NCBI RefSeq assembly: GCF_036321535.1
Contig: NC_087436.1
Location: 3,782,001-3,846,000, forward strand
Origin: Camelus dromedarius
Lineage: Eukaryota
DNA: 64,000 nucleotides
Reading direction: 5' to 3'
The position numbers and the translations under genes were made by a program. Below are positions 39,930 through 54,500 of the stretch, in pieces. How positions within the stretch are numbered: the first letter of the stretch is position 1; each line of letters starts with the position of its first letter. The notes under the pieces were generated by a model, which searched no databases, was not told where the DNA came from, and saw only the letters and a program-made list of their open reading frames with translations.

Positions 39930-42900
39930 CGTGTTGGAGCTAGTACCTCCCCATATATATGTATGGATTGGAGTTTGCAACTGGAAAGAATCTTTGTGTT
40001 CCCAAAAAGCTAGGTGAAGGACGGCTGTCACACACAATTATCTCTCAGAACTGAGCATGTGGAGAGACGTTCATTCATCTAGCACAAACGGAACGGGTTG
40101 CAGGAGAAACTTTTGCTCTGGTTTCTCAGTGTGTTTCCCAATGCCGGTTTGAAGTTCCTGCAGTTTTCACTGTAAAACCGAGTTGGAGCTAATACATCCC
40201 CATATATATGTATGGAGTGGAGTTTGCAACTGAAAAGAAACTTTGTGTTCCCAACAAGCTAGGTGAAGGACGGCTTTCACACACACTTATCTCTCAGAAC
40301 TGAGCATGTGGAGAGACGTTCGTTCATCTAGCAATAATGGAACGCTTTGCAGGAGAAACTTTTACTCTGGTTTCTCAGTCTGTTTCCTAGTGCCGGTTTG
40401 AAGTTCCTGCAGTTTTCACTGTAAAACCGAGTTGGAGCTAGTACATCCCCATATATAAGTAAGGAGTGGAGTTTGCCACTGAAAAGAAACTCTGTGTTCC
40501 CAAAAAGCTAGTGAAGTACGGCTTTCACACACACGTATCTCTCAGAACTGAGCATGTGGTGAGATGTTCGTTCATCTAGCACAAAGGGAACGGGATGCAG
40601 GAGAAACTTTTACTCTGGTTTCTCAGTCTGTTTCCTAGTGCCGTTTTGAAGTTCCTGCAGTTTTCACTGTAAAGCCGAGTTGGAGCTAGTACCTCCCCAT
40701 ATATATGAAGGAAGTGGGGTTTGCAAGTGAAAAGAAACTTTGTATTCCCAACAAGCTAGGTGAAGGACGGCTTTCACACACACTAATCTCTCAGAACTGA
40801 GCATGTTGAGAGACGTTCGTTCATCTAGCACAATGGGAACAAGTTGCAGGAGAAACTTTTACTCTGGTTTCTCAGTCTGTTTCCTAGTGCCGGTTTGAAT
40901 TTCCTGCAGTTTTCACTGTAAAACCGAGTTGGAGCTTGTTCCTCCCCATATATATGTATGGAGTGGAGTTTGCAACTGAAAAGAAACTTTGTGTTCCCAA
41001 CAAGCTAGGTTAAGGACAGCTTTCACACACACTTATCTCTCAAAACTGAGCATGTGCAGAGACGTTCGTTCATCTAGCACAAATGGAACGGGTTTAGGAG
41101 AAATTTTACTCTGGTTTCTCAGTCTGTTTCCTACTGCCGGTTTGAAGTTCCTGCAGTTATCACTGTAAAACCGAGATGGAGCTAGTACCTCCCCATAATT
41201 ATGTATGGATTGGAGTTTGCATATGAAAAGAAACTTTGTGTTCCCAACAAGCTAGGTGAAGGACGGCTTTCACACACACATCTCTCAGAACTGAGCATGT
41301 GAAAAGACGTTCGTTCATCTAGCACAAAGGGAACGGGTTGCAGGAGAAACTTTACTCTGGTTTCTCAGTCTATTTCCTACTGCCGGTTTGAAGTTCCTGC
41401 AGTTATCACTGTAAAACCGAGATGGAGCTAGTACCTCCCCATAATTATGTATGGATTGGAGTTTGCATATGAAAAGAAACTTTGTGTTCCCAACAAGCTA
41501 GGTGAAGGACGGCTTTCACACACACTTATCTCTCAGAACTGAGCATGTGGAGAGACGTTCGTTCATCTAGCACAAAGGGAACGGGTTGCAGGAGGAACTT
41601 TTACTCTGTTTTCTCAGCATGTTTCTTAGTGCCAGTTGGAAGTTCCTGCAGTTTTCACTGTAAAACCGAGTTGGAGCTAGTACCTCCCCATATATATGTA
41701 TGGAGTGGAGTTTGCAACTGAAAAGAAACTTTGTGTTCCCAACAAGCTAGGTGAAGAACGGCTTTCACACACAATTTTCTCTCAGAACTGAGCATGTGGA
41801 TAGACATTCGTTCATCTAGCACAAAGGGAACGGGTTGCAGGAGAAACATTTATTCTGGTTTCTAAGTCTGTTTCCTAGTGCCTGTTTGAAGTTCCTGCAG
41901 TTTTCACTGTAAAACCGAGTTGGAGTTAGTACCACCCCATATTTATGTATGGAGTAGATTTTGCAAATGAAAAGAAACTCTGTGTTCCCAACAAGCTAAG
42001 TGAAGGACGGCTTTTACACACATTTATCTCTCAGAACTGAGCATGTGGAGAGACGTTCGTTCATCTAGCAGAAAGGGAACGGGTTGCAAGAGAAACTATT
42101 ACTCTGGATTCTCAGTCGGTTTCCTAGTTCCGGTTTGAAGTTCCTGCAGTTTTCACTGTAAAACCGAGTTGCAGCTAGTACCACCACATATATATGTATG
42201 GAGTGGAGTTTGCAACTGAAAAGAAACTTTTTGTTCCCAACAAGCTAGGTGAAGGACGTCTTTCACACACACTTATCTCTCAGAACTGAGCATGTGGAGA
42301 GACGTTCGTTCATCTTGCACAAATGGAACGGGTTGCAGGAGAAACATTTTCTCTGGTTTCTCAGTCTGTTTCCTAGTGCCGGTTTGAAGTTCCTACACTT
42401 TTCACTGTAAAACCGAGTTGGAGCTAGTACCTAACCATATATATGTATGGATTGGAGTTTGCAACTGAAGAGAAACTTTGTGTTCCCAACAAGCTATGTG
42501 AAGGACGGCTTTCACACACAATTAACTCTCAGAACTGAGCATGTGGAGAGACGTTCGTTCATCTAGCACAAAGGGAAAGGGTTGCAGGTGAAACTTTTAA
42601 CTGGTTTCTCAGTCTGTATCCTGTTCCCGGTTTGAAGTTCCTGCAGTTTTCACTGTAAAACCGAGTTGGAGCCAGTACCTCGCCATATATATCTATGGAG
42701 TGGAGTTTGCAACTGAAAAGAAAATTTGTGTTCCCAACAGGCTAGGTGAAGGACGGCTTTCACACACACTTATCTCTCAGAACTGAGCATGTGGAGATTC
42801 GTTCGTTCATCTAGCACAAAGGAACCGGTTGCAGGAGGAACTTTTACTCTGGTTTCCCAGTCTGTTTCAAAGTGCCGGTTTGAAGTTCCTGCAGTTTTCA

Positions 42901-45000
42901 CTGTAAAACCGATTTGGAGCAAGTAAATGCCCATATATATCTATGGAATGAAGTTTGCAACTGAAAAGAAACTATGTGTTCCCAACAAGCTAGGAGCAGG
43001 ACGGCTTACACACACACTTATCTCTCAGAACTGAGCATGTGGAGAGACGTTCGTTCATCTAGCACAAAGGGAACGGGTTGCAGGAGAAACTTTTACTCTG
43101 GTTTCACAGTCTGTTTCCTAGTGCCGGTTTGAAGTTCCTGCAGTTTTCACTGTAAAACCGAGTTGGAGCTAGTACCTCCCCATATATATGTATGGAGTGG
43201 AGTTTGCAACTGAAAAGAAACTTTGTGTTCCCAACAAGCTAGGTGAAGTACGGCTTTCACACACAATTATCTCTCAGAACTGAGCATGTGGAGAGACGTT
43301 CGTTCATCTAGCACAAAGGGAACGGGTTGCAGGAGAAACTTTTACTCTGGTTTCACAGTCTGTTTCCTAGTGCCGGTTTGAAGTTCCTGCAGTTTTCACT
43401 GTAAAACCGAGTTGGAGCTACTAACTCCCCATATATATCTACGGAGTTGAGTTTGCAACTGGAAAGAAACTTTGTGTTCCCTACAAGCAAGTTGAAGTAC
43501 GGCTTTCACACACACTTATCTCTCAGAACTTAGCATGTTGAGAGACTTCGTTCATCTAGCACAAAAGGAACGGGTTGCAGGAGAAACTATTACTCTGGTT
43601 TCTCAGTCTGTTTCCTACTGCTGGTTTGAAGTTCCTGTAGTTTTCATTGTAAAACCGAGTTGGAGTTAGTACCTCCCCATATATATGTATGGAGAGGAGT
43701 TTGCAAGTGAAAAGAAACTTTGTGTTCCCAAAAATCTAGGTGAAGGACGGCTGTCACACACACTTATCCCTCAGAATTCAGCATGTGGAGAGACGTTCAT
43801 TCATCTAGCAAAATGGGAACGGGTTGCAGGAGAAACTTTTACTCAGTTTTCTCAGTCTGTGTCCTAGTGCCGGTTTGAAGTTCCTGCAGTTTTCACTGTA
43901 AAACCGAGTTGGAACTAATACATCCCCATATATATGTATGGAGTGGAGTTTGCAACTGAAAAGAAACTTTGTGTTCCCAACAAGCTAGGTGAAGGACGGC
44001 TTTCACACTCACTTATCTCTGAGAACTGAGCATGTGGAAAGAGTATCGTTCATCTAGCACAAAGGGAACGGGTTCCAGCAGAAACTTTTACTCTGGTTTC
44101 TCAGTCTATTTCCTAGTGCCGGTTTGAAGTACCTGCAGTTTTCACTGTAAAACCGAGTTGGAGCTAGTACCTCCCCATATATAATTATGGAGTGGAGTTT
44201 GCAATTGAAAAGAAACTTTGTGATCCCAACAAGCTAGGTGAAGGACGGCTTCACACACACTTATCTCTCAGAACTGAGCATGTGGAGAGACGTTCGTTCA
44301 TCTAGCACAAAGGGAACGGGTTGCAGGAGAAACTTTTACTCTGGTTTCTCAGTCTGATTCCTAGTGCCGGTTTGAAGTTCCTGCAGTTTTCACTGTAAAA
44401 CCGAGTTGGAGCTTTTACCACCCCATATATATCTATGGAGTGGAGTTTGCAACTGGAAAGAAACTTTCTCTTCCCAACAAGCTAGTTGAAATACGGCTTT
44501 CACACACACTTATCTCTCAGAACTTAACATGTTGACAGAATTCGTTCATCTATCACAAAGGGAACGGGTTGCAGGAGAAACAATTACTCTGCTTTCTCAG
44601 TCTGTTTCCAAGTGCCGGTTTGAAGTACCTGCAGTTTTCAATGTAAACAGAGTTGGAGCTAGTTCCTCCCCATATATATGTATGGAGTGGAGTTTGCAAC
44701 TGTAAAGAAACTTTGTGTTCCCAACAAGCTAGGTTAAGTACGGCCTTCACACACACTTATATCTCAGAACTGAGCATGTGGAGAGACGTTCGTTCATCTA
44801 GCACAAAAGGAACGGGTTGCAGGAGAAACTTTTTCTCTGGTTTCTCAGTCTGTTTCCTGTTGCCGGTTTGAAGTTCCTGCAGTTTTCACTGTAAAACCGA
44901 GTTGGAACTAGTACCTCCCCATATATATGAAGGAAGTGGAGTTTGCAAGTGAAAAGAAACTTTGTGTTCCCAACAAGCTAGGTGAAGGACGGCTTTCACA
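39930..45000 (+). repeat. Copy 1 of a dispersed ~5 kb block duplication (partner ~51600-56180)
   Basis: Private variants match at offset 11678 (gtgttggagc 39931/51609; acacatctctcag..gtgaaaagac 41281/52959), then at offset 11181 (ORFs 44553/55734). Confidence 0.85.
43181..43429 (+). repeat. Representative near-consensus 249 bp monomer
   Basis: Begins catatatatgtatggagtggag at 43181 and follows the consensus in register, with only a few substitutions (gaagtacgg, caattat, ttcacag, ctactaactccc). Confidence 0.9.
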
Positions 45001-45469
45001 CACACTTATCTCTCAGAAATGAGCATGTGGAGAGACTTTCGTTCATCTATCACAAAGGGAACGGGTTGCAGGAGAAACTTTTTCTCTGGTTTCTCAGTCT
45101 GTTTCCTGTTGCCGGTTTGAAGTTCCTGCAATTTTCACTGTAAAACCGAGTTGGAGCTAGTACCTCCCCATATATATGAAGGAAGTGGGGTTTGCAAGTG
45201 AAAAGAAACTTTGTGTTCCCAACAAGCTAGGTGAAGGACGGCTTTCACACACACTAATCTCTCAGAACTGAGCATGTGGAGAGACGTTCGTTCATCTAGC
45301 ACAATGGGAACAAGTTGCAGGAGAAACTTTTACTCTGGTTTCTCTGTCTGTTTCCTACTGCCGGTTTGAAGTTCCTGCAGTTTTCACTGTAAAACCGAGT
45401 TGGAGCTAGTTCCTCCCCATATATATGTATGGAGTGGAGTTAGCAACTGAAAAGAAACTTTGTGTTCCC

Positions 45470-48400
45470 AACAAGCTAGGTGAAGGACAGCTTTCACACA
45501 CACTTATCTCTCAGAACTGAGCATGTGCAGAGACGTTCGTTCATCTAGCACAAAGTAAACGGGTTGCAGGAGAAACTTTTACTCTGGTTTCTCAGTCTGT
45601 TTCCTAATGCCGGTTAGAAGTTCCTGCAGTTTTCACTGTAAAACCGAGTTGGAGCTAATAACTCCCCATATATATCTACGGAGTTGAGTTTGCAACTGGA
45701 AAGAAACTTTGTGTTCCCTACAAGCAAGTTGAAGTACGGCTTTCACACACACTTATGTCTCAGAACTTAGCATGTTGAGAGACTTCGTTCATCTAGCACA
45801 AATGGAACGGGTTGCAGGAGAAACTATTACTCTGGTTTCTCAGTCTGTTTCCTGTTGCCGGTTTGAAGTTCCTGCAGTTTTCACTGTAAAACCGAGTTGG
45901 AACTAGTACCTCCCCATATATATGAAGGAAGTGGAGTTTGCAAGTGAAAAGAAACTTTGTGTTCCCAACAAGCTAGGTGAAGGACGGCTTTCACACACAC
46001 TTATCTCTCAGAAATGAGCATGTGGAGAGACTTTCGTTCATCTATCACAAAGGGAACGGGTTGCAGGAGAAACTTTTTCTCTGGTTTCTCAGTCTGTTTC
46101 CTGTTGCCGGTTTGAAGTTCCTGCAATTTTCACTGTAAAACCGAGTTGGAGCTAGTACCTCCCCATATATATGAAGGAAGTGGGGTTTGCAAGTGAAAAG
46201 AAACTTTGTGTTCCCAACAAGCTAGGTGAAGGACGGCTTTCACACACACTAATCTCTCAGAACTGAGCATGTGGAGAGACGTTCGTTCATCTAGCACAAT
46301 GGGAACAAGTTGCAGGAGAAACTTTTACTCTGGTTTCTCTGTCTGTTTCCTACTGCCGGTTTGAAGTTCCTGCAGTTATCACTGTAAAACCGAGATGGAG
46401 CTAGTACCTCCCCATAATTATGTATGAATTGGAGTTTGCAAATGAAAAGAAACTTTGTGATCCCAACAAGCTAGGTGAAGGACGGCTTCACACACACTTA
46501 TCTCTCAGAACTGAGCATGTGGAGAGACGTTCGTTCATCTAGCACAAAGGGAACGGGTTGCAGGAGAAACTTTTACTCTGGTTTCTCAGTCTGTTTCCTA
46601 GGCCCGGGTTGAAGTTCCTGCAGTTTTCACTGTAAAACCGAGTTGCAGCTTTTACCACCCCATATATATCTATGGAGTGGAGTTTGCAACTGGAAAGAAA
46701 CTTTCTCTTCCCAACAAGCTAGTTGAAGTACGGCTTTCACACACACTTATCTCTCAGAACTTAACATGTTGACAGAATTCGTTCATCTATCACAAAGGGA
46801 ACGGGTTGCAGGAGAAACAATTACTCTGCTTTCTCAGTCTGTTTCCAAGTGCCGGTTTGAAGTACCTGCAGTTTTCAATGTAAACAGAGTTGGAGCTAGT
46901 TCCTCCCCATATATATGTATGGAGTGGAGTTTGCAACTGTAAAGAAACTTTGTGTTCCCAACAAGCTAGGTTAAGTACGGCTTTCACACACACTTATATC
47001 TCAGAACTGAGCATGTGGAGAGCCGTTCGTTCATCTAGCACAAAGGGAAAGGGTTGCAGGAGAAACATTTATTCTGCTTTCGCAGTCTGTTTCCTAGTGC
47101 CTGTTTGAAGTTCCTGCTGTTTTCACTGTAAAACCGAGTTGGAGCTTGTACCTCCCCATATATATGTATGGAGTGGAGTTTGCAACTGAAAAGAAACTTT
47201 GTGATCCCAACAAGCTAGGTGAAGGACGGCTTTCACACACAATTATCTCTCAGAACTGAGCATGTGGAGAGACGTTCGTTCATCTAGCACAAAGGGAACG
47301 GGTTGCAGGAGAAACTTTTAATCTGGTTTCACAGTCTGTTTCCTAGTGCCGGTTTGAAGTTCCTGCAGTTTTCACTGTAAAACCGAGTTGGAGCTACTAA
47401 CTCCCCATATATATCTACGGAGTTGAGTTTGCAACTGGAAAGAAACTTTGTGTTCCCTACAAGCAAGTTGAAGTACGGCTTTCACACACACTTATCTCTC
47501 AGAACTTAGCATGTTGAGAGACTTCGTTCATCTAGCACAAAAGGAACGGGTTGCAGGAGAAACTATTACTCTGGTTTCTCAGTCTGTTTCCTACTGCTGG
47601 TTTGAAGTTCCTGTAGTTTTCATTGTAAAACCGAGTTGGAGTTAGTACCTCCCCATATATATGTATGGAGAGGAGTTTGCAAGTGAAAAGAAACTTTGTG
47701 TTCCCAACAAGCTAGGTGAAGGACAGCTTTCACACACACTTATCTCTCAGAACTGAGCATGTGCAGAGACGTTCGTTCATCTAGCACAAAGTAAACGGGT
47801 TGCAGGAGAAACTTTTACTCTGGTTTCTCAGTCTGTTTCCTAATGCCGGTTAGAAGTTCCTGCAGTTTTCACTGTAAAACCGAGTTGGAGCTAATAACTC
47901 CCCATATATATCTACGGAGTTGAGTTTGCAACTGGAAAGAAACTTTGTGTTCCCTACAAGCAAGTTGAAGTACGGCTTTCACACACACTTATGTCTCAGA
48001 ACTTAGCATGTTGAGAGACTTCGTTCATCTAGCACAAATGGAACGGGTTGCAGGAGAAACTATTACTCTGGTTTCTCAGTCTGTTTCCTGTTGCCGGTTT
48101 GAAGTTCCTGCAGTTTTCACTGTAAAACCGAGTTGGAACTAGTACCTCCCCATATATATGAAGGAAGTGGAGTTTGCAAGTGAAAAGAAACTTTGTGTTC
48201 CCAACAAGCTAGGTGAAGGACGGCTTTCACACACACTTATCTCTCAGAAATGAGCATGTGGAGAGACTTTCGTTCATCTATCACAAAGGGAACGGGTTGC
48301 AGGAGAAACTTTTTCTCTGGTTTCTCAGTCTGTTTCCTGTTGCCGGTTTGAAGTTCCTGCAATTTTCACTGTAAAACCGAGTTGGAGCTAGTACCTCCCC

Positions 48401-49940
48401 ATATATATGAAGGAAGTGGGGTTTGCAAGTGAAAAGAAACTTTGTGTTCCCAACAAGCTAGGTGAAGGACGGCTTTCACACACACTAATCTCTCAGAACT
48501 GAGCATGTGGAGAGACGTTCGTTCATCTAGCACAATGGGAACAAGTTGCAGGAGAAACTTTTACTCTGGTTTCTCTGTCTGTTTCCTACTGCCGGTTTGA
48601 AGTTCCTGCAGTTATCACTGTAAAACCGAGATGGAGCTAGTACCTCCCCATAATTATGTATGAATTGGAGTTTGCAAATGAAAAGAAACTTTGTGATCCC
48701 AACAAGCTAGGTGAAGGACGGCTTCACACACACTTATCTCTCAGAACTGAGCATGTGGAGAGACGTTCGTTCATCTAGCACAAAGGGAACGGGTTGCAGG
48801 AGAAACTTTTACTCTGGTTTCTCAGTCTGTTTCCTAGGCCCGGGTTGAAGTTCCTGCAGTTTTCACTGTAAAACCGAGTTGGAGCTTTTACCACCCCATA
48901 TATATCTATGGAGTGGAGTTTGCAACTGGAAAGAAACTTTCTCTTCCCAACAAGCTAGTTGAAGTACGGCTTTCACACACACTTATCTCTCAGAACTTAA
49001 CATGTTGACAGAATTCGTTCATCTATCACAAAGGGAACGGGTTGCAGGAGAAACAATTACTCTGCTTTCTCAGTCTGTTTCCAAGTGCCGGTTTGAAGTA
49101 CCTGCAGTTTTCAATGTAAACAGAGTTGGAGCTAGTTCCTCCCCATATATATGTATGGAGTGGAGTTTGCAACTGTAAAGAAACTTTGTGTTCCCAACAA
49201 GCTAGGTTAAGTACGGCTTTCACACACACTTATATCTCAGAACTGAGCATGTGGAGAGCCGTTCGTTCATCTAGCACAAAGGGAAAGGGTTGCAGGAGAA
49301 ACATTTATTCTGCTTTCGCAGTCTGTTTCCTAGTGCCTGTTTGAAGTTCCTGCTGTTTTCACTGTAAAACCGAGTTGGAGCTTGTACCTCCCCATATATA
49401 TGTATGGAGTGGAGTTTGCAACTGAAAAGAAACTTTGTGATCCCAACAAGCTAGGTGAAGGACGGCTTTCACACACAATTATCTCTCAGAACTGAGCATG
49501 TGGAGAGACGTTCGTTCATCTAGCACAAAGGGAACGGGTTGCAGGAGAAACTTTTAATCTGGTTTCACAGTCTGTTTCCTAGTGCCGGTTTGAAGTTCCT
49601 GCAGTTTTCACTGTAAAACCGAGTTGGAGCTACTAACTCCCCATATATATCTACGGAGTTGAGTTTGCAACTGGAAAGAAACTTTGTGTTCCCTACAAGC
49701 AAGTTGAAGTACGGCTTTCACACACACTTATCTCTCAGAACTTAGCATGTTGAGAGACTTCGTTCATCTAGCACAAAAGGAACGGGTTGCAGGAGAAACT
49801 ATTACTCTGGTTTCTCAGTCTGTTTCCTACTGCTGGTTTGAAGTTCCTGTAGTTTTCATTGTAAAACCGAGTTGGAGTTAGTACCTCCCCATATATATGT
49901 ATGGAGAGAAGTTTGCAAGTGAAAAGAAACTTTGTGTTCC
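45470..49940 (+). repeat. Tandem 9-monomer duplication (period 2236 bp)
   Basis: tgaaggacag at 45481/47717; ORFs 46790/49026 and 46890/49126 have identical translations; shared markers aagtaaacggg, ggcccgggttg, gagagccgttc and ttttaatctgg. Confidence 0.88.
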
Positions 49941-51599
49941 CAAAAATCTAGGTGAAGGACGGCTGTCACACACACTTATCCCTCAGAATTAAGCATGTGG
50001 AGAGACGTTCATTCATCTAGCAAAATGGGAACGGGTTGCAGGAGAAACTTTTACTCAGTTTTCTCAGTCTGTGTCCTAGTGCCGGTTTGAAGTTCCTGCA
50101 GTTTTCACTGTAAAACCGAGTTGGAACTAATACATCCCCATATATATGTTTGGAGTGGAGTTTGCAACTGAAAAGAAACTTTGTGTTCCCAACAAGCTAG
50201 GTGAAGGACGGCTTTCACACTCACTTATCTCTGAGAACTGAGCATGTGGAAAGAGTATCGTTCATCTAGCACAAAGGGAACGGGTTCCAGCAGAAACTTT
50301 TACTCTGGTTTCTCAGTCTATTTCCTAGTGCCGGTTTGAAGTACCTGCAGTTTTCACTGTAAAACCGAGTTGGAGCTAGTACCTCCCCATATATAATTAT
50401 GGAGTGGAGTTTGCAATTGAAAAGAAACTTTGTGATCCCAACAAGCTAGGTGAAGGACGGCTTCACACACACTTATCTCTCAGAACTGAGCATGTGGAGA
50501 GACGTTCGTTCATCTAGCACAAAGGGAACGGGTTGCAGGAGAAACTTTTACTCTGGTTTCTCAGTCTGATTCCTAGTGCCGGTTTGAAGTTCCTGCAGTT
50601 TTCACTGTAAAACCGAGTTGGAGCTTTTACCACCCCATATATATCTATGGAGTGGAGTTTGCAACTGGAAAGAAACTTTCTCTTCCCAACAAGCTAGTTG
50701 AAATACGGCTTTCACACACACTTATCTCTCAGAACTTAACATGTTGACAGAATTCGTTCATCTATCACAAAGGGAACGGGTTGCAGGAGAAACAATTACT
50801 CTGCTTTCTCAGTCTGTTTCCAAGTGCCGGTTTGAAGTACCTGCAGTTTTCAATGTAAACAGAGTTGGAGCTAGTTCCTCCCCATATATATGTATGGAGT
50901 GGAGTTTGCAACTGTAAAGAAACTTTGTGTTCCCAACAAGCTAGGTTAAGTACGGCTTTCACACACACTTATATCTCAGAACTGAGCATGTGGAGAGACG
51001 TTCGTTCATCTAGCACAAAAGGAACGGGTTGCAGGAGAAACTATTTCTCTGGTTTCTCAGTCTGTTTCCTGTTGCCGGTTTGAAGTTCCTGCAGTTTTCA
51101 CTGTAAAACCGAGTTGGAACTAGTACCTCCCCATATATATGAAGGAAGTGGAGTTTGCAAGTGAAAAGAAACTTTGTGTTCCCAACAAGCTAGGTGAAGG
51201 ACGGCTTTCACACACACTTATCTCTCAGAAATGAGCATGTGGAGAGACTTTCGTTCATCTATCACAAAGGGAACGGGTTGCAGGAGAAACTTTTTCTCTG
51301 GTTTCTCAGTCTGTTTCCTGTTGCCGGTTTGAAGTTCCTGCAATTTTCACTGTAAAAACGAGTTGGAGCTAGTACCTCCCCATATATATGAAGGAAGTGG
51401 GGTTTGCAAGTGAAAAGAAACTTTGTGTTCCCAACAAGCTAGGTGAAGGACGGCTTTCACACACACTAATCTCTCAGAACTGAGCATGTGGAGAGACGTT
51501 CGTTCATCTAGCACAATGGGAACAAGTTGCAGGAGAAACTTTTACTCTGGTTTCTCTGTCTGTTTCCTACTGCCGGTTTGAAGTTCCTGCAGTTTTCCC

Positions 51600-54500
51600 T
51601 GTAAAACCGTGTTGGAGCTAGTACCTCCCCATATATATGTATGAATTGGAGTTTGCAACTGGAAAGAATCTTTGTGTTCCCAAAAAGCTAGGTGAAGGAC
51701 GGCTGTCACACACAATTATCTCTCAGAACTGAGCATGTGGAGAGACGTTCATTCATCTAGCACAAAGGGAACGGGTTGCAGGAGAAACTTTTGCTCTGGT
51801 TTCTCAGTCTGTTTCCTAATGCCGGTTTGAAGTTCCTGCAGTTTTCACTGTAAAACCGAGTTGGAGCTAATACATCCCCATATATATGTATGGAGTGGAG
51901 TTTGCAACTGAAAAGAAACTTTGTGTTCCCAACAAGCTAGGTGAAGGACGGCTTTCACACACACTTATCTCTCAGAACTGAGCATGTGGAGAGACGTTCG
52001 TTCATCTAGCAATAATGGAACGCTTTGCAGGAGAAACTTTTACTCTGGTTTCTCAGTCTGTTTCCTAGTGCCGGTTTGAAGTTCCAGCAGTTTTCACTGT
52101 AAAACCGAGTTGGAGCTAGTACATCCCCATATATAAGTAAGGAGTGGAGTTTGCCACTGAAAAGAAACTCTGTGTTCCCAAAAAGCTAGTGAAGTACGGC
52201 TTTCACACACACGTATCTCTCAGAACTGAGCATGTGGTGAGATGTTCGTTCATCTAGCACAAAGGGAACGGGATGCAGGAGAAACTTTTACTCTGGTTTC
52301 TCAGTCTGTTTCCTAGTGCCGTTTTGAAGTTCCTGCAGTTTTCACTGTAAAGCCGAGTTGGAGCTAGTACCTCCCCATATATATGAAGGAAGTGGGGTTT
52401 GCAAGTGAAAAGAAACTTTGTATTCCCAACAAGCTAGGTGAAGGACGGCTTTCACACACACTAATCTCTCAGAACTGAGCATGTTGAGAGACGTTCGTTC
52501 ATCTAGCACAATGGGAACAAGTTGCAGGAGAAACTTTTACTCTGGTTTCTCAGTCTGTTTCCTAGTGCCGGTTTGAATTTCCTGCAGTTTTCACTGTAAA
52601 ACCGAGTTGGAGCTTGTTCCTCCCCATATATATGTATGGAGTGGAGTTTGCAACTGAAAAGAAACTTTGTGTTCCCAACAAGCTAGGTTAAGGACAGCTT
52701 TCACACACACTTATCTCTCAAAACTGAGCATGTGCAGAGACGTTCGTTCATCTAGCACAAATGGAACGGGTTTAGGAGAAATTTTACTCTGGTTTCTCAG
52801 TCTGTTTCCTACTGCCGGTTTGAAGTTCCTGCAGTTATCACTGTAAAACCGAGATGGAGCTAGTACCTCCCCATAATTATGTATGGATTGGAGTTTGCAT
52901 ATGAAAAGAAACTTTGTGTTCCCAACAAGCTAGGTGAAGGACGGCTTTCACACACACATCTCTCAGAACTGAGCATGTGAAAAGACGTTCGTTCATCTAG
53001 CACAAAGGGAACGGGTTGCAGGAGAAACTTTTATTCTGGTTTCTAAGTCTGTTTCCTAGTGCCTGTTTGAAGTTCCTGCAGTTTTCACTGTAAAACCGAG
53101 TTGGAGTTAGTACCACCCCATATATATGTATGGAGTAGATTTTGCAAATGAAAAGAAACTCTGTGTTCCCAACAAGCTAAGTGAAGGACGGCTTTTACAC
53201 ACATTTATCTCTCAGAACTGAGCATGTGGAGAGACGTTCGTTCATCTAGCAGAAAGGGAACGGGTTGCAAGAGAAACTATTACTCTGGATTCTCAGTCTG
53301 TTTCCTAGTTCCGGTTTGAAGTTCCTGCAGTTTTCACTGTAAAACCGAGTTGCAGCTAGTACCACCACATATATATGTATGGAGTGGAGTTTGCAACTGA
53401 AAAGAAACTTTTTGTTCCCAACAAGCTAGGTGAAGGACGTCTTTCACACACACTTATCTCTCAGAACTGAGCATGTGGAGAGACGTTCGTTCATCTTGCA
53501 CAAATGGAACGGGTTGCAGGAGAAACATTTTCTCTGGTTTCTCAGTCTGTTTCCTAGTGCCGGTTTGAAGTTCCTACACTTTTCACTGTAAAACCGAGTT
53601 GGAGCTAGTACCTAACCATATATATGTATGGATTGGAGTTTGCAACTGAAAAGAAACTTTGTGTTCCCAACAAGCTATGTGAAGGACGGCTTTCACACAC
53701 AATTAACTCTCAGAACTGAGCATGTGGAGAGACGTTCGTTCATCTAGCACAAAGGGAAAGGGTTGCAGGTGAAACTTTTAACTGGTTTCTCAGTCTGTAT
53801 CCTGTTGCCGGTTTGAAGTTCCTGCAGTTTTCACTGTAAAACCGAGTTGGAGCCAGTACCTCGCCATATATATCTATGGAGTGGAGTTTGCAACTGAAAA
53901 GAAAATTTGTGTTCCCAACAGGCTAGGTGAAGGACGGCTTTCACACACACTTATCTCTCAGAACTGAGCATGTGGAGATTCGTTCGTTCATCTAGCACAA
54001 AGGAACGGGTTGCAGGAGGAACTTTTACTCTGGTTTCCCAGTCTGTTTCAAAGTGCCGGTTTGAAGTTCCTGCAGTTTTCACTGTAAAACCGATTTGGAG
54101 CAAGTAAATGCCCATATATATTTATGGAATGAAGTTTGCAACTGAAAAGAAACTATGTGTTCCCAACAAGCTAGGAGAAGGACGGCTTTCACACACACTT
54201 ATCTCTCAGAACTGAGCATGTGGAGAGACGTTCGTTCATCTAGCACAAAGGGAACGGGTTGCAGGAGAAACTTTTACTCTGGTTTCACAGTCTGTTTCCT
54301 AGTGCCGGTTTGAAGTTCCTGCAGTTTTCACTGTAAAACCGAGTTGGAGCTAGTACCTCCCCATATATATGTATGGAGTGGAGTTTGCAACTGAAAAGAA
54401 ACTTTGTGTTCCCAACAAGCTAGGTGAAGTATGGCTTTCACACACAATTATCTCTCAGAACTGAGCATGTGGAGAGACGTTCGTTCATCTAGCACAAAGG

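Noticed and set aside
42466..42478. Hammerhead ribozyme satellite (as in newt satellite 2 or Schistosoma Sm-alpha), suggested by ctgaaaagaaac / ctgaagagaaac
   Set aside because: The consensus has no CUGAnGA core on either strand. It appears only in this one variant, with no stem II between it and GAAA.
44553..50968. A regular 9-mer HOR with three or more copies, implied by ORF spacing of 2237/2236
   Set aside because: The monomer content of 44553-46790 differs from that of 46790-49026. Only ~45470-49940 is a true two-copy duplication.
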